Assembly (NCBI GenBank): GCA_963931515.1
Contig: OZ007022.1
Location: 882,122 to 946,121 of the forward strand
Source: an uncultured Bacilli bacterium
GTDB lineage: Bacteria > Bacillota_I > Bacilli_A > RF39 > UBA660
Length of the DNA: 64,000 nt
Reading direction: 5' to 3'
Shown: positions 39,589 to 49,420 of the stretch, one piece after another
How positions within the stretch are numbered: the stretch's first letter is position 1
Layout: every line of letters starts with the position of its first letter
Position numbers and translations under genes: made by a program
The notes under the pieces: model-generated
Told to the model about the DNA's origin: nothing
Databases searched by the model: none
What the model saw: only the letters and a program-made list of their open reading frames with translations

Positions 39589-40586
39589 AACCACACCCCA
39601 TATACTAAGGCAAACATTGATGCAATTAAGCCAATGGTCCAAAACATTTTAACGATGTCGGTTTCTTTCATACCTATTTTTTCAAAGGTGTGATGAATCG
39701 GCGTCATAGGAAATACTCTTTTTTTAGTAAGTTTATAAACGGTTATTTGAATTATACAGCTTAATGTTTCTAAGACAAAAACGATACCAATGAGAACTAA
39801 TAACAATTCATGGCGGGTTGTTATGGCATAGGCTCCTAATGTAGCTCCTAAACATAGTGATCCGGTGTCACCCATGAAAACTTTAGCTTTATTAGTATTG
39901 AAAATTAGAAAGCCTAATAAAGCTCCTATCAACGTGAAAGCAAATATGGCAATATCTTCATAACCTTCTAACCAGCCTGTATTCCAAGAGATAATACCAA
40001 AGGTTAAGAAACCAATTACAGATAGGCCACCAGCTAGGCCATCTAGACCATCGGTTAAATTTACCGCATTACTGCTTGCGACAAGGATAAAAAGAATTAA
40101 AATTCCATAAAGCCAACCAATATTTTGTTTAATATTTAGACTGTGAATCCAAAGTAAGGGTTCACTACCCGATTTCATGAAAAGATAGAAGAAGATAATA
40201 GCGACAAGGACTTGAAGGGTGAATTTTTGACTTTTAGTTAAGCCTTTATTGTTATGTTTTTTTATAATTAGATAATCATCTATGAATCCGATGATAGCAT
40301 AACTGATAAAGGTGAATATTATGATAATTAAAGTATAGGTTACTTCTATTTTTTTTAAGTATATGAATATTAAGGTGATGATGATGGTTGGTAAGATAAA
40401 GATAAGCCCACCCATAGTAGGGGTGCCTTCTTTTGATTTGTGAGTTCTTTGAAGATAAATGCTTAAGTTTTGAGAGGCATGGATTTTTTTTAATAAAGGA
40501 ATGATGATTAATCCGGTTATAACAGCAAAGATGAAACTAATCATCATGGCCATGATTGATTTTGTTAATATAAGCACGGTAATCAC
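39585..40586 (-). CDS. mraY: Phospho-N-acetylmuramoyl-pentapeptide transferase MraY
   Basis: NAVNLTDGLDGLA and VFMGDTGSL motifs. Confidence 0.85.
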   Translation of the reverse strand: MITVLILTKSIMAMMISFIFAVITGLIIIPLLKKIHASQNLSIYLQRTHKSKEGTPTMGGLIFILPTIIITLIFIYLKKIEVTYTLIIIIFTFISYAIIGFIDDYLIIKKHNNKGLTKSQKFTLQVLVAIIFFYLFMKSGSEPLLWIHSLNIKQNIGWLYGILILFILVASSNAVNLTDGLDGLAGGLSVIGFLTFGIISWNTGWLEGYEDIAIFAFTLIGALLGFLIFNTNKAKVFMGDTGSLCLGATLGAYAITTRHELLLVLIGIVFVLETLSCIIQITVYKLTKKRVFPMTPIHHTFEKIGMKETDIVKMFWTIGLIASMFALVYGVWL

Positions 40587-40588
40587 CT

Positions 40589-42493
40589 CTACTCTGTGAA
40601 TAATCTAATGGTTTTGCCTTCTTCTAGTTTTGTTCCAGCTTCAGGCGACTGATAGGTAACTTTATCACCACTACCTTCAATTGATACTTTAAAATTCTTT
40701 AATTCTTTTTTAGCATCGGTTACTGATTTATTTGTGACGTCAGGAACAGTATAAGTTTTAGGGTCTGGCCATTTATATTTTTTATCTTTTCCGCCTTCGC
40801 TTCTTGGTATATCTAAGGCTTTAATGCAATCTTTTAAAACGGCTTTGGAAATTGGACCAACAGTGGTTCCACCATACTGAACTGTTCCTTTTGGGTTATC
40901 TATGGCAATATAAACTACAACCTGTGGGTTATCGGCTGGTAAAAATCCAATGAATGACAAGATGTAATTATTTGAAAGGTAGGCACCATTTTGAACTTTT
41001 TGAGCAGTTCCGGTTTTACCCCCTACTCTATATCCATCTATGTAAGATGTTCGTCCACTACCGTTGGCGACAACGTTTTCTAAGGCTTCTCTTACTTTTT
41101 TACTTGTCTCTTCACTGATGACTTTTCTTACTTCAGTTGGTTTGTTTTCTTTGATAACAGTATTTGTTTCAGGTTCGTTTATACTTTTTACAATATAAGG
41201 TTTATATAAAGTTCCACCATTAATAGCAGCACTTACGGCGGTGACTTGCTGAATCGGAGTTACTGATACGCCTTGGCCAAAAGCAGTTGTGGCCAGTTCT
41301 ACAGGGCCAACTTTACTTCTATCAAATATAATTCCTGTGGATTCACCATTTAGGTCAATACCAGTTTTTTTACCAAATCCAAATTTATCTATGTAATCAA
41401 ATAAGGTGTTTTTACCTAATCTTTGACCTAAAATAACGAATCCTGGGTTACATGAGTTTTCAACTACTTGCATGAATGTTTCTTTTCCATGACCACCATG
41501 TTTCCAACAATGGATAGTAGCATTTTCTACTTTGATACTGCCTTTGTCATAGTAAGTATCTTTTTCTAAGTCAACTTTTCCTTCTTCTAAAGCAGCGGCT
41601 AAAGTTATTATTTTGAAAGTAGAACCCGGTTCATAGGTGGCCCATATTGGTAGGTTTCTATTTATTTCTTCTATACTGTAGTCTTGATAATTATTTGAGT
41701 CGAAGGTTGGTCTTGCGGACATGGCTAATATTTCTCCAGTATTTGGGTCCATGACTAAGCCGATTGCTCTATCTGGGTTATATTTTGTTACGGCGTTACT
41801 TAATTCTCTTTCTAATGAGGCTTGTATTTCATTGTTGATGGTTAGGGTTATATTCATACCATCTTGAGGTTGTTCGTATACTTCGCTTAAGGATAATTTG
41901 TTTCCTTTGGCGTCACTAAAGTATTTGATTGCTCCATCTTCACCGGTTAGGTATTCATCATAAGTTAGTTCAAGACCGCTTAATCCTTGGTTGTCTATTC
42001 CAACAAACCCCAATGTATGAGCCATATAGCTATCGTAAGGATAGACTCTTTTTGATTCTTTAACTAAATATACACCATCTAATTTTAAGGCTTTTATTTT
42101 GTCAGCGGTTTCATATGATAATTTTCTACCTTCTGGGTGCACTCTTTCAATAGATGTTTTTTTACTGACATGTTTATACATACTTTCATAACTCACATTT
42201 AATATTTCAGCTAATTTAGTAGCAGTTTCTTCTTTGTTTTTGATTTGGTTTGGAATAACCACTAATGATGTTGTTGTGGCGTTATCGGCTAGAATAACAC
42301 CTGTTCTATCGTATATTAATCCCCTATCTGCTTTAATTGGTAAGTTTCTACTCCATAGGTCACTAGCTTTTTTGTTTAGTTTTTTATAATCAATTACTTG
42401 GATATAAAATACTCTTAAAATGATAACAATAAAAATAAATAATATTATGAGTAAAGTTATTTTCATTCTTTTGTGTATATTTTTAAAGAACAT
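40589..42493 (-). CDS. Penicillin-binding protein (class B transpeptidase, FtsI/PBP2B-like) with C-terminal PASTA domain
   Basis: Transpeptidase motifs (STFK, SCN, KTGT) and a PASTA domain at the C-terminus. Confidence 0.8.
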   Translation of the reverse strand: MFFKNIHKRMKITLLIILFIFIVIILRVFYIQVIDYKKLNKKASDLWSRNLPIKADRGLIYDRTGVILADNATTTSLVVIPNQIKNKEETATKLAEILNVSYESMYKHVSKKTSIERVHPEGRKLSYETADKIKALKLDGVYLVKESKRVYPYDSYMAHTLGFVGIDNQGLSGLELTYDEYLTGEDGAIKYFSDAKGNKLSLSEVYEQPQDGMNITLTINNEIQASLERELSNAVTKYNPDRAIGLVMDPNTGEILAMSARPTFDSNNYQDYSIEEINRNLPIWATYEPGSTFKIITLAAALEEGKVDLEKDTYYDKGSIKVENATIHCWKHGGHGKETFMQVVENSCNPGFVILGQRLGKNTLFDYIDKFGFGKKTGIDLNGESTGIIFDRSKVGPVELATTAFGQGVSVTPIQQVTAVSAAINGGTLYKPYIVKSINEPETNTVIKENKPTEVRKVISEETSKKVREALENVVANGSGRTSYIDGYRVGGKTGTAQKVQNGAYLSNNYILSFIGFLPADNPQVVVYIAIDNPKGTVQYGGTTVGPISKAVLKDCIKALDIPRSEGGKDKKYKWPDPKTYTVPDVTNKSVTDAKKELKNFKVSIEGSGDKVTYQSPEAGTKLEEGKTIRLFTE

Positions 42494-42564
42494 ATAATCA
42501 CCAATTAAATATATGATTATGGCCTAGAATTGTTTACAAAAAAACTTGGCTATTTTTACCAAGT

Positions 42565-43485
42565 TTATTCAATTGTGTATGGATTAGACTGACTTCCATC
42601 TCCGCCTGTGATTTTGATTGATGATGAGAGATAAATGGCCGGACGAACACTATGCCCACCACCATCTACTTGACCGTAGGAGCTATTTAATGTTCCATTG
42701 TGATCTACATAGAATGCACCGTTTGTACCCGTACCATTGTTGCTCGGAGATATAGTCCACCAAATGTAACCACTAAACATCCAGGTAGTATTTCTACATG
42801 TACTATAATTATCATTTGTTAAGGAATGAGTGCCACATAAACTAATATTTGAATTTGTACGTAAATATTCTGAAGTTGTAGCTAAACCAATTTTACCATT
42901 CCATATAGTATTTCTTTCAGAATTTATGGTGTTTGCTAAGTCATCGTCATCCCATAATGTTAATCCAACTTTCCAATCATGTGCAACTATTTGATTTTGA
43001 GCTGTTGAATTTAGTCCATTATAATAAGTGCTATTTAAATATGTATTTAGTGTGGATGGACGGGTCCAATTATTTGATCCCGACCTATCCCAATATTGAT
43101 CTCCTATGCTAGCTATTCTCATTATTTTTATTGTTCCATCACATTCTACTGATATTATTCTCCAGCCGGCTGTTTCATTATTAAATGTGACATAATTATT
43201 TGGATTTTGTCCTGTAAAGAAATACCTACACTCATAAGGGTCTTTTTCTAATCCTGCGTTTTCTATTATTTCTTCAGCTGGTGTTTTGGCAATGCAAGTT
43301 GCATATAGTTCATCTATCGCTCCTTGAACATTGGTACTCTCTAAACCACTTTCACTATTATCATACGTAGTTTGATTACTTGGAAAATATGTCATGGCTA
43401 AAACACTCACACCACCACATACAATAAGTCCTGTTATATACCCAGGTAGATATCCAAATACGATTTTTTTTATTTTCTCTTTCAT
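42565..43485 (-). CDS. Secreted/membrane-anchored Cys-containing protein, paralogue A (306 aa)
   Basis: N-terminal TM anchor; conserved blocks ESGLESTNVQGAIDELY, DPYECRYFFTGQNPNNY, AGWRIISVECDG; paralogous to 61656-62579. Confidence 0.5.
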   Translation of the reverse strand: MKEKIKKIVFGYLPGYITGLIVCGGVSVLAMTYFPSNQTTYDNSESGLESTNVQGAIDELYATCIAKTPAEEIIENAGLEKDPYECRYFFTGQNPNNYVTFNNETAGWRIISVECDGTIKIMRIASIGDQYWDRSGSNNWTRPSTLNTYLNSTYYNGLNSTAQNQIVAHDWKVGLTLWDDDDLANTINSERNTIWNGKIGLATTSEYLRTNSNISLCGTHSLTNDNYSTCRNTTWMFSGYIWWTISPSNNGTGTNGAFYVDHNGTLNSSYGQVDGGGHSVRPAIYLSSSIKITGGDGSQSNPYTIE

Positions 43486-43565
43486 TTTTGTTTCTCTCCT
43501 TATATTAGATTTTCTATTCTAACACAATTTCACTCCACGTTTCGTGGCTAGTCAAGACAAAAATG

Positions 43566-43586
43566 CCACATTATGCAACAATGTGG
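43566..43586. promoter_or_regulatory. Palindromic operator candidate in the divergent promoter region
   Basis: CCACATT-atgcaac-AATGTGG, 14 bp upstream of the XRE regulator start. Confidence 0.4.
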
Positions 43587-43599
43587 ATGGTGATGTAAA

Positions 43600-43833
43600 A
43601 TGATAGGAAAGATTATAAAATATGCAAGAAAACAATCTGGTTTGACGCAAGAGGAGCTTGGCAAGTTAGCTAATATAAATAGAACAACTTTGGGTAATTA
43701 TGAAACGGAGTTTAGACAACCAACTTTTGAGATGATTGAGACTTTGCTTAATAAATGTGGAGTTAAAATATTTTTTGAGATGAGTAATGGTGAAAAATTT
43801 GAAAGTAAGGATGTTTTAAGAAAAGACATTTAA
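43600..43833 (+). CDS. XRE-family HTH transcriptional regulator
   Basis: HTH (ARKQSGLTQEELGKLANINRTTLGNYE). Confidence 0.65.
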   Translation: MIGKIIKYARKQSGLTQEELGKLANINRTTLGNYETEFRQPTFEMIETLLNKCGVKIFFEMSNGEKFESKDVLRKDI

Positions 43834-43860
43834 AAAGAGTTACGTTTTGTAACTCTTTTG

Positions 43861-44991
43861 TTATACCATCATGAATGTTCCTGGTAAATATATTAAAATT
43901 ATAGCAGCGACTAACATAATTATGCCAGCAATTAATCTATTATATGTTCCTATTGTATTTTCAATGATTAATTCTTTAATGATGACATTTACAACGCCGA
44001 CTAGAATTAAGCTAGTGATTAAATACATAAGGAAGTATAAGAACATGTAAGGTGCGGATGTTGTAACATTTTGCATTTCGAAGGCAGTTTCTAATAGTAC
44101 TGATGAACTTTGTGATTGGTTAACTAAAACAAACGAAGTTATAACACTAGTAATTATGATTCCAAGTGAATACATGAGGAATTGTTTTTTACCAAATAGT
44201 TCTTGAAGTATTTGAAGAATGCTTTTTTTAGGGATGTTTATTTTTAGATGTGCGTCAATACTAATGGCGGCAATGATGATTGCTACAATGGCAATGAAGG
44301 TTCTAATAAAGGTTGTTTGATTAATAGTAAATTCGGCATTAGTAAGGGCAAATATCATATAGGTGATGGTACTTGTAAAAACAAATATGCCGCCTAATAT
44401 TAAACGTTTTTTATTATTATATACAGCTAGCATGATACCGGCTAAAAATAGGATAATCCAAAGAGAGCCTAGATTTATTGCATCTCCTATTCCTTCAGTA
44501 AAGGCAATTGTTATTGGGCTTGTTTCTTTAACATTTGTTTCACCTAATAAACTAAAGTGGATGGTTGGGTCTTGGCTTTGATTAATATTTGTTGGGACTG
44601 ACTTACCATTTTTAATTAATTCGACAGCATTTATATTTTCTTGTTTTAAACTATCAATAATAGTTTGTTTCATTTGTTTACCTATTTCATCGTTAAAGCC
44701 AGAAAAATATTTATTTCCAATAATGGTGAATGGTACTCCTTCATTATTATCACCAAAAGCTGTTCTAACTTGATTTAAAAGTTCAAGATTATCGTCATTG
44801 TTCCACACTTCATATGTTTGAATATTAAGGTTTTTGCCTAGTTGTTTTTGAAGAATGTCTAAATATTTTTCTTCATCTGCGCAGTGCGGGCAACCGTCAC
44901 CGTGAAAAAGGGTTAAAGTTACTTCTTCGGCATTTACTTTAGTAAATGGAATGATTAAAATTAAAGTTAAAATTAATATTATTTTTTTCAT
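43861..44991 (-). CDS. Membrane protein with N-terminal secreted thioredoxin/glutaredoxin-like CxxC domain
   Basis: Signal peptide, CPHC motif (GDGCPHCADEE), then about 7 TM helices; overlaps the cysteine desulfurase gene by 4 nt. Confidence 0.5.
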   Translation of the reverse strand: MKKIILILTLILIIPFTKVNAEEVTLTLFHGDGCPHCADEEKYLDILQKQLGKNLNIQTYEVWNNDDNLELLNQVRTAFGDNNEGVPFTIIGNKYFSGFNDEIGKQMKQTIIDSLKQENINAVELIKNGKSVPTNINQSQDPTIHFSLLGETNVKETSPITIAFTEGIGDAINLGSLWIILFLAGIMLAVYNNKKRLILGGIFVFTSTITYMIFALTNAEFTINQTTFIRTFIAIVAIIIAAISIDAHLKINIPKKSILQILQELFGKKQFLMYSLGIIITSVITSFVLVNQSQSSSVLLETAFEMQNVTTSAPYMFLYFLMYLITSLILVGVVNVIIKELIIENTIGTYNRLIAGIIMLVAAIILIYLPGTFMMV

Positions 44992-46103
44992 TGTTTACCT
45001 CCTAATTTTTTATAACTTTCATCAAAGGCTTTTAAAAAGTTTTCAATATCTAATTTTGTTGTTTTTTTAGAAATGCTTATTCTGACACTAGTTTTAGCTT
45101 TTTCTTCGTCGTTTGTGAGGGCTAGAACTGGTTTTGAGGCATTTCCTGTTGAACAAGCACTCCTAGTAGATATGTATACATCTTTTTCTTCTAGACTATG
45201 AAGTAAGGTTTCTGGTTTTATTCCTTTAATACTGATGTTTAATATATGAGGAATAGAGTTTTCATTACTATTGATGGATACATTTGAGTATTTTTTTAAA
45301 TTTTCTTTTACTATTTGATTTAATTTTTGAACTTTTTTTATATCCTCATCAATGTTTTGGTAGCTTAGTCTTAATGCTTTGGCAGTAGAGACAATGAGCT
45401 CTAGTGGCGGAGTGCCACTACGAAATACGGTTGTGCTTTTACCACCAGCAATTAAAGGTTCTATATTCAAATTTTCTTTTTTATATAAAACGCCTATTCC
45501 TTTAAAGCCAAAAAATTTATGAGCGGAAAAACTAGCTGCATCGACGTTAGTTAAGTCAAATTTTATTTTACCAACAGCTTGAGTTATATCACTATGAAAA
45601 ATTATTTTAGGATAGTTTTTTAATAATTTTCCAATTTCTTCGATGGGCTGGCGAATTCCTGTTTCACTACTTACCATACTTATTGTAACGAGTATGGTAT
45701 CATCTGTTAATAGTTTTTTTAATTCATCTATTTTAACGATTCCGTTTTTTAAAGGAACATAATCTATTTTGAAGCCTTTTTCTTCTAGCTGTTTTAATGG
45801 ACTATATATAGATGAATGTTCTAAGGCGGTGGTTATAATATGCTTTCCCCTATTTTGATATTTTTCCATGGCTTTAATGATAGTATTATTACTTTCACTA
45901 GCGCCTGATGTGTAAATTATTTCGTTCGGTTTTACATTTAAAATGTTGGCTATTTGGTTAGTGCTTGCATCTATTAGGTGTTTTGCATTTACGCCCAATT
46001 TATGAAGTGAATTAGGATTACCTATATATTTTGTGGCTTTTATAAAACTATCTAAAACTTCTTCATCAACTGGGGTTGTCGCACTATAATCTAAATATGT
46101 CAT
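44988..46103 (-). CDS. Cysteine desulfurase (NifS/IscS-like class V aminotransferase)
   Basis: PLP-lysine region SFSAHKFFGFKGIGVL and active-site Cys loop (STRSACSTGN). Confidence 0.75.
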   Translation of the reverse strand: MTYLDYSATTPVDEEVLDSFIKATKYIGNPNSLHKLGVNAKHLIDASTNQIANILNVKPNEIIYTSGASESNNTIIKAMEKYQNRGKHIITTALEHSSIYSPLKQLEEKGFKIDYVPLKNGIVKIDELKKLLTDDTILVTISMVSSETGIRQPIEEIGKLLKNYPKIIFHSDITQAVGKIKFDLTNVDAASFSAHKFFGFKGIGVLYKKENLNIEPLIAGGKSTTVFRSGTPPLELIVSTAKALRLSYQNIDEDIKKVQKLNQIVKENLKKYSNVSINSNENSIPHILNISIKGIKPETLLHSLEEKDVYISTRSACSTGNASKPVLALTNDEEKAKTSVRISISKKTTKLDIENFLKAFDESYKKLGGKQ

Positions 46104-46115
46104 AATTGTTCCTTT

Positions 46116-47936
46116 CTATTTGATGGTATCAAAACCACTACGTTTGAATAATTTTTCTAAATCATAATTTGAATAATATATCATGGTTGGCCTTCCATGA
46201 GGACAGTTAAATGGATTTTTACAATTTCTTAAATCAGTAATTAAAGCTTCCATTTCTTCCATGGTGATATTAGTATTGGCTTTAATTGCATGTTTACAGC
46301 TCATCATAGTGGCAACTTTTTCATTGAATTTTTCGATGCTAAAATCTTTACGTGTCGCAATTACTATTTCAATTATTTTTCTGATTGATTCTTCTTCATA
46401 GCCTTTTGGAAGCCAAGCTGGGTGCTGTTTTATGATAACTGAGTTAATACCGAATTCCTCGATTTTGAATTTCAAATCTTCTAAAATATGCATGTTTTCT
46501 TTTAGGATTATGAATTCGTCGGTTGATAGTTCAATGGTGATTGGAAAAAGTAATGAGGTTGATGCTATGTTAGGTTTGCCCATGGCTTCTTTAAACTTTT
46601 CATAGTTACATCTTTCTTTAGCAGCGTGCTGGTCAATGATATACATACCTTTTTCATTTTGAGCAATAATGTATGTACCATGAACTAAACCTACAGGATA
46701 CATTTCAGGCATAAATTCTTTTTCTTCTTCTTTGGTGTTTATTTGATATTCTTCATTATCCATGGTTACTTCGTGAACGATATCGCCGTTATTTTCATCT
46801 TCATATATACTTTCATTGACTATAATTTCTGGTTCCTCGAATTCTATAGGTTCTGGCTTTATTTCGGGTGTGCTATGAGAATGTCTTTCTAAATCAAAGC
46901 GTAGTTCTTCTCTTTTCGGTTTTTCTTTTCTAATTGAAACTTCTGGTATTAAATTGCGGTCAGTAATAGCGGCCATAATGGTTACTTTAATTAATTCTAA
47001 TAATGTATCCATTTTACTAAATTTGATATCCATTTTAGTTGGATGTATGTTTACATCAATGACACTTGGGTCCACTAAAATATTGATAACAGTTATTGGA
47101 TATCTGTTATCTGGTTTATATGAGTGGTAAGCGTCATTTATAGTTCTATTAATATCCATGTTTCTAACTACTCTACCATTGACGATGGTCACCATGTTAT
47201 TACGACTAGATCTATGTACTTCTGGCAAGGATATATAACCAGATATTTCATAGTCGGGGTTTTCTCCTTTAATTGGTACCATTTTTCTAGCAACGTCAGT
47301 TCCATATATATTTTGTATAACTTTCAAGATGTTACCAGAACCATCTGTTCTTAAGATAATATTATCGTTGTTTTGTAAAGTGAAACGAATATTTGGCTGA
47401 GACAAAGCTAGTTTATTTATGTAGTCAGTTATACTTGCAAGTTCAGTATATAAGCTTTTCATGTGTTTTAATCTAGCTGGAGTGTTATAAAAAAGTTCAC
47501 TGACGGTAATAGTAGTGCCTTTTCTAGCATCGCCTAGACCTACTTCTAGAATTTTTCCACCATTTATGACAACATGTGTTCCAATATCTCCCATACATGT
47601 TTTTAAATCAACTTTACTTACAGCGGCAATTGAAGCGAGAGCTTCGCCTCTGAAACCTAAAGTAGTTAATCTATATAAATCATCTTCATCATCTATTTTA
47701 CTAGTGGCATGTCTTGAAAAAGCTAAGACAGCATCATCTTTATCCATGCCTTTACCATTATCGATGACTTTTATTTGTCTTGTTCCAGCGTCTTCTAGTT
47801 CAACTTTGATTTCAGTACTTCCGGCATCAATACTATTTTCGACTAACTCTTTGACAACTGAGGCACATCTTTCGACAACTTCACCTGCAGCTATTTTATT
47901 TGCAAGAAGTTCATCCATTACTTTTATTACGGACAT
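46116..47936 (-). CDS. mutL: DNA mismatch repair protein MutL
   Basis: GHKL ATPase N-terminus (VELVENSIDAGSTEI, DNGKGM) and MutL C-terminal dimerisation domain. Confidence 0.9.
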   Translation of the reverse strand: MSVIKVMDELLANKIAAGEVVERCASVVKELVENSIDAGSTEIKVELEDAGTRQIKVIDNGKGMDKDDAVLAFSRHATSKIDDEDDLYRLTTLGFRGEALASIAAVSKVDLKTCMGDIGTHVVINGGKILEVGLGDARKGTTITVSELFYNTPARLKHMKSLYTELASITDYINKLALSQPNIRFTLQNNDNIILRTDGSGNILKVIQNIYGTDVARKMVPIKGENPDYEISGYISLPEVHRSSRNNMVTIVNGRVVRNMDINRTINDAYHSYKPDNRYPITVINILVDPSVIDVNIHPTKMDIKFSKMDTLLELIKVTIMAAITDRNLIPEVSIRKEKPKREELRFDLERHSHSTPEIKPEPIEFEEPEIIVNESIYEDENNGDIVHEVTMDNEEYQINTKEEEKEFMPEMYPVGLVHGTYIIAQNEKGMYIIDQHAAKERCNYEKFKEAMGKPNIASTSLLFPITIELSTDEFIILKENMHILEDLKFKIEEFGINSVIIKQHPAWLPKGYEEESIRKIIEIVIATRKDFSIEKFNEKVATMMSCKHAIKANTNITMEEMEALITDLRNCKNPFNCPHGRPTMIYYSNYDLEKLFKRSGFDTIK

Positions 47937-48037
47937 AACATCACCCTACTTTTAACCTTCTTATAAGATTATACCATTATTTATAAGTAAAAAACAATAA
48001 AAGAAAGTTGTAATTTAATCATGTTATGTTTTTAATG

Positions 48038-48125
48038 GTTACTATTCACAGTCCCTTTAAAATATCATAATTTGTTTTAATATATTTTTCTTAAGCTATG
48101 AATAGTAACGTTTTTCAAAAGGGAC
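48038..48125. repeat. Interleaved inverted-repeat pairs A-B ... A'-B' upstream of the Rpn gene
   Basis: A gttactattcacag (48038-48051) pairs with A' ctatgaatagtaac (48096-48109); B gtcccttt (48051-48058) pairs with B' aaagggac (48118-48125). Confidence 0.6.
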
Positions 48126-48157
48126 AAGTAATTTACTAAGATATTACTTGTTTTTTT
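48126..48157 (+). terminator. Hairpin terminator
   Basis: caagtaat / attacttg stem followed by T7. Confidence 0.5.
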
Positions 48158-48286
48158 GTGGTAACTTAATAATAGTAGTGAAAAAAGAAATAATGAATAA
48201 AATTTGCAATTTTTTTTGGAATTTTAGAAGGAAATAAGATGTCTACGCCGTATGTTTATATATGAAGGGGCAAAGAAAGGAGTTAT

Positions 48287-49189
48287 ATGAAAATAGAACA
48301 TTTAGAAAACCTAGACCAAACGTTATCTTTGATTCCTTTAAACTATGATAGAGCTTTTAAAAGTGTGTTTAAAATAAATTTAGATATTTTAAAATACTTT
48401 TTAAAAGTAACTATTCCTATCAATATAAACGATAATGATAGTATAAATCTTTTAGATAGTGAAATACCTGTCACCAGTAAAAATGAATATAAAAGAACCG
48501 TCGATATTCTAGTCGTCATTAATAATAAAATATTTATTGATGTAGAGATGAATAAAAGTAAATTTGAATATGTATCTGAACGTAATTTTTCATATGGAGA
48601 TATTATATCTACAAGAGTTATAGAAATGGGAGAAGATATAAATAATTTAAAATATAAATATGTATATCAGCTTAATTTGAATGAAAGTCCATATGAAGAT
48701 ATACTAGAAGATGATATAGTTTTGTATGGATTAAAGAGTCACAAGATATATAATTCTAATAGGCATACCTTAACTAAATCACTTGAACTTTACAGAAATT
48801 TATATTACAATGAAGGTAATAGAAATAAAGAAGTTATTTGGTATACGATGCTTACAGCGCGAACGTTTAGTGAGTTATATGAACTAGCTAGACAAGTACT
48901 AGATGAAGATAAAGTTCAAAAGTTAATGGAGGCGGTTATAAATATGAGTAAAGATGAGTTTATTATTCATGAGTGGCAGAAAGAAAAGATGGATGCTTTA
49001 GTTAAGCATAATGAGATGGAGGGAGCTAAAAAAGATGGAATCGAAGAAGGCAAAAGTATTGGAATCAAAGAAAGTAAACTAGAAATAGCTCAGAATTTAC
49101 TTAATATGAAAATAAGCATAAAAGATATTTCAAAAGCTACTGGTCTAACTATCCAAGAAATCGAAAAATTAAGAAGCACTAATGAATAA
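48287..49189 (+). CDS. Rpn-family recombination-promoting nuclease / putative transposase (PD-(D/E)XK, YhgA-like)
   Basis: N-terminal nuclease region (DRAFKSVF..., VDILVVINNKIFIDVEMN) and characteristic C-terminal tail (IAQNLLNMKISIKDISKATGLTIQEIEKL). Confidence 0.7.
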   Translation: MKIEHLENLDQTLSLIPLNYDRAFKSVFKINLDILKYFLKVTIPININDNDSINLLDSEIPVTSKNEYKRTVDILVVINNKIFIDVEMNKSKFEYVSERNFSYGDIISTRVIEMGEDINNLKYKYVYQLNLNESPYEDILEDDIVLYGLKSHKIYNSNRHTLTKSLELYRNLYYNEGNRNKEVIWYTMLTARTFSELYELARQVLDEDKVQKLMEAVINMSKDEFIIHEWQKEKMDALVKHNEMEGAKKDGIEEGKSIGIKESKLEIAQNLLNMKISIKDISKATGLTIQEIEKLRSTNE

Positions 49190-49230
49190 ATTTAGTGCTT
49201 TTAAATTGATGTTTACAATATATTTATCTT

Positions 49231-49244
49231 CTGTGAATAGTAAC
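49231..49244. repeat. Third copy of the 14-bp motif (ctgtgaatagtaac) downstream of the Rpn gene
   Basis: Same orientation as 48096-48109; one mismatch. Confidence 0.6.
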
Positions 49245-49268
49245 TTTTAATGTATGCAAAACAGGGAA

Positions 49269-49403
49269 TTATACTTTCTCGGCTTCCTTTTGTAGTAATT
49301 TAATTTTTTCTTCAGTTAGACCACTTACTTTTGAGATAGTTTTAATATCAATATTTTCTTTAAGTCTATTTTCAGCTATTTGTATTTGATTTTCTTTTTT
49401 TAT
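49269..49403 (-). pseudogene. Relic encoding an Rpn C-terminal-tail-like peptide (no start codon)
   Basis: Minus-strand frame reads ...IAENRLKENIDIKTISKVSGLTEEKIKLLQKEAEKV*, resembling the Rpn tail IAQNLLNMKISIKDISKATGLTIQEIEKL; preceded by an in-frame stop. Confidence 0.35.
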
Positions 49404-49420
49404 TTATCAAAAAAGAAGGT

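Noticed and set aside
47515-47955. 146-aa plus-strand ORF inside mutL, and similar antisense ORFs (for example 63353-63925 inside tsf, 13278-13535, 18455-19003, 34512-34718)
   Set aside because: Each is antisense to a well-supported conserved gene and has a low-complexity Ser/Leu/Pro-rich translation.
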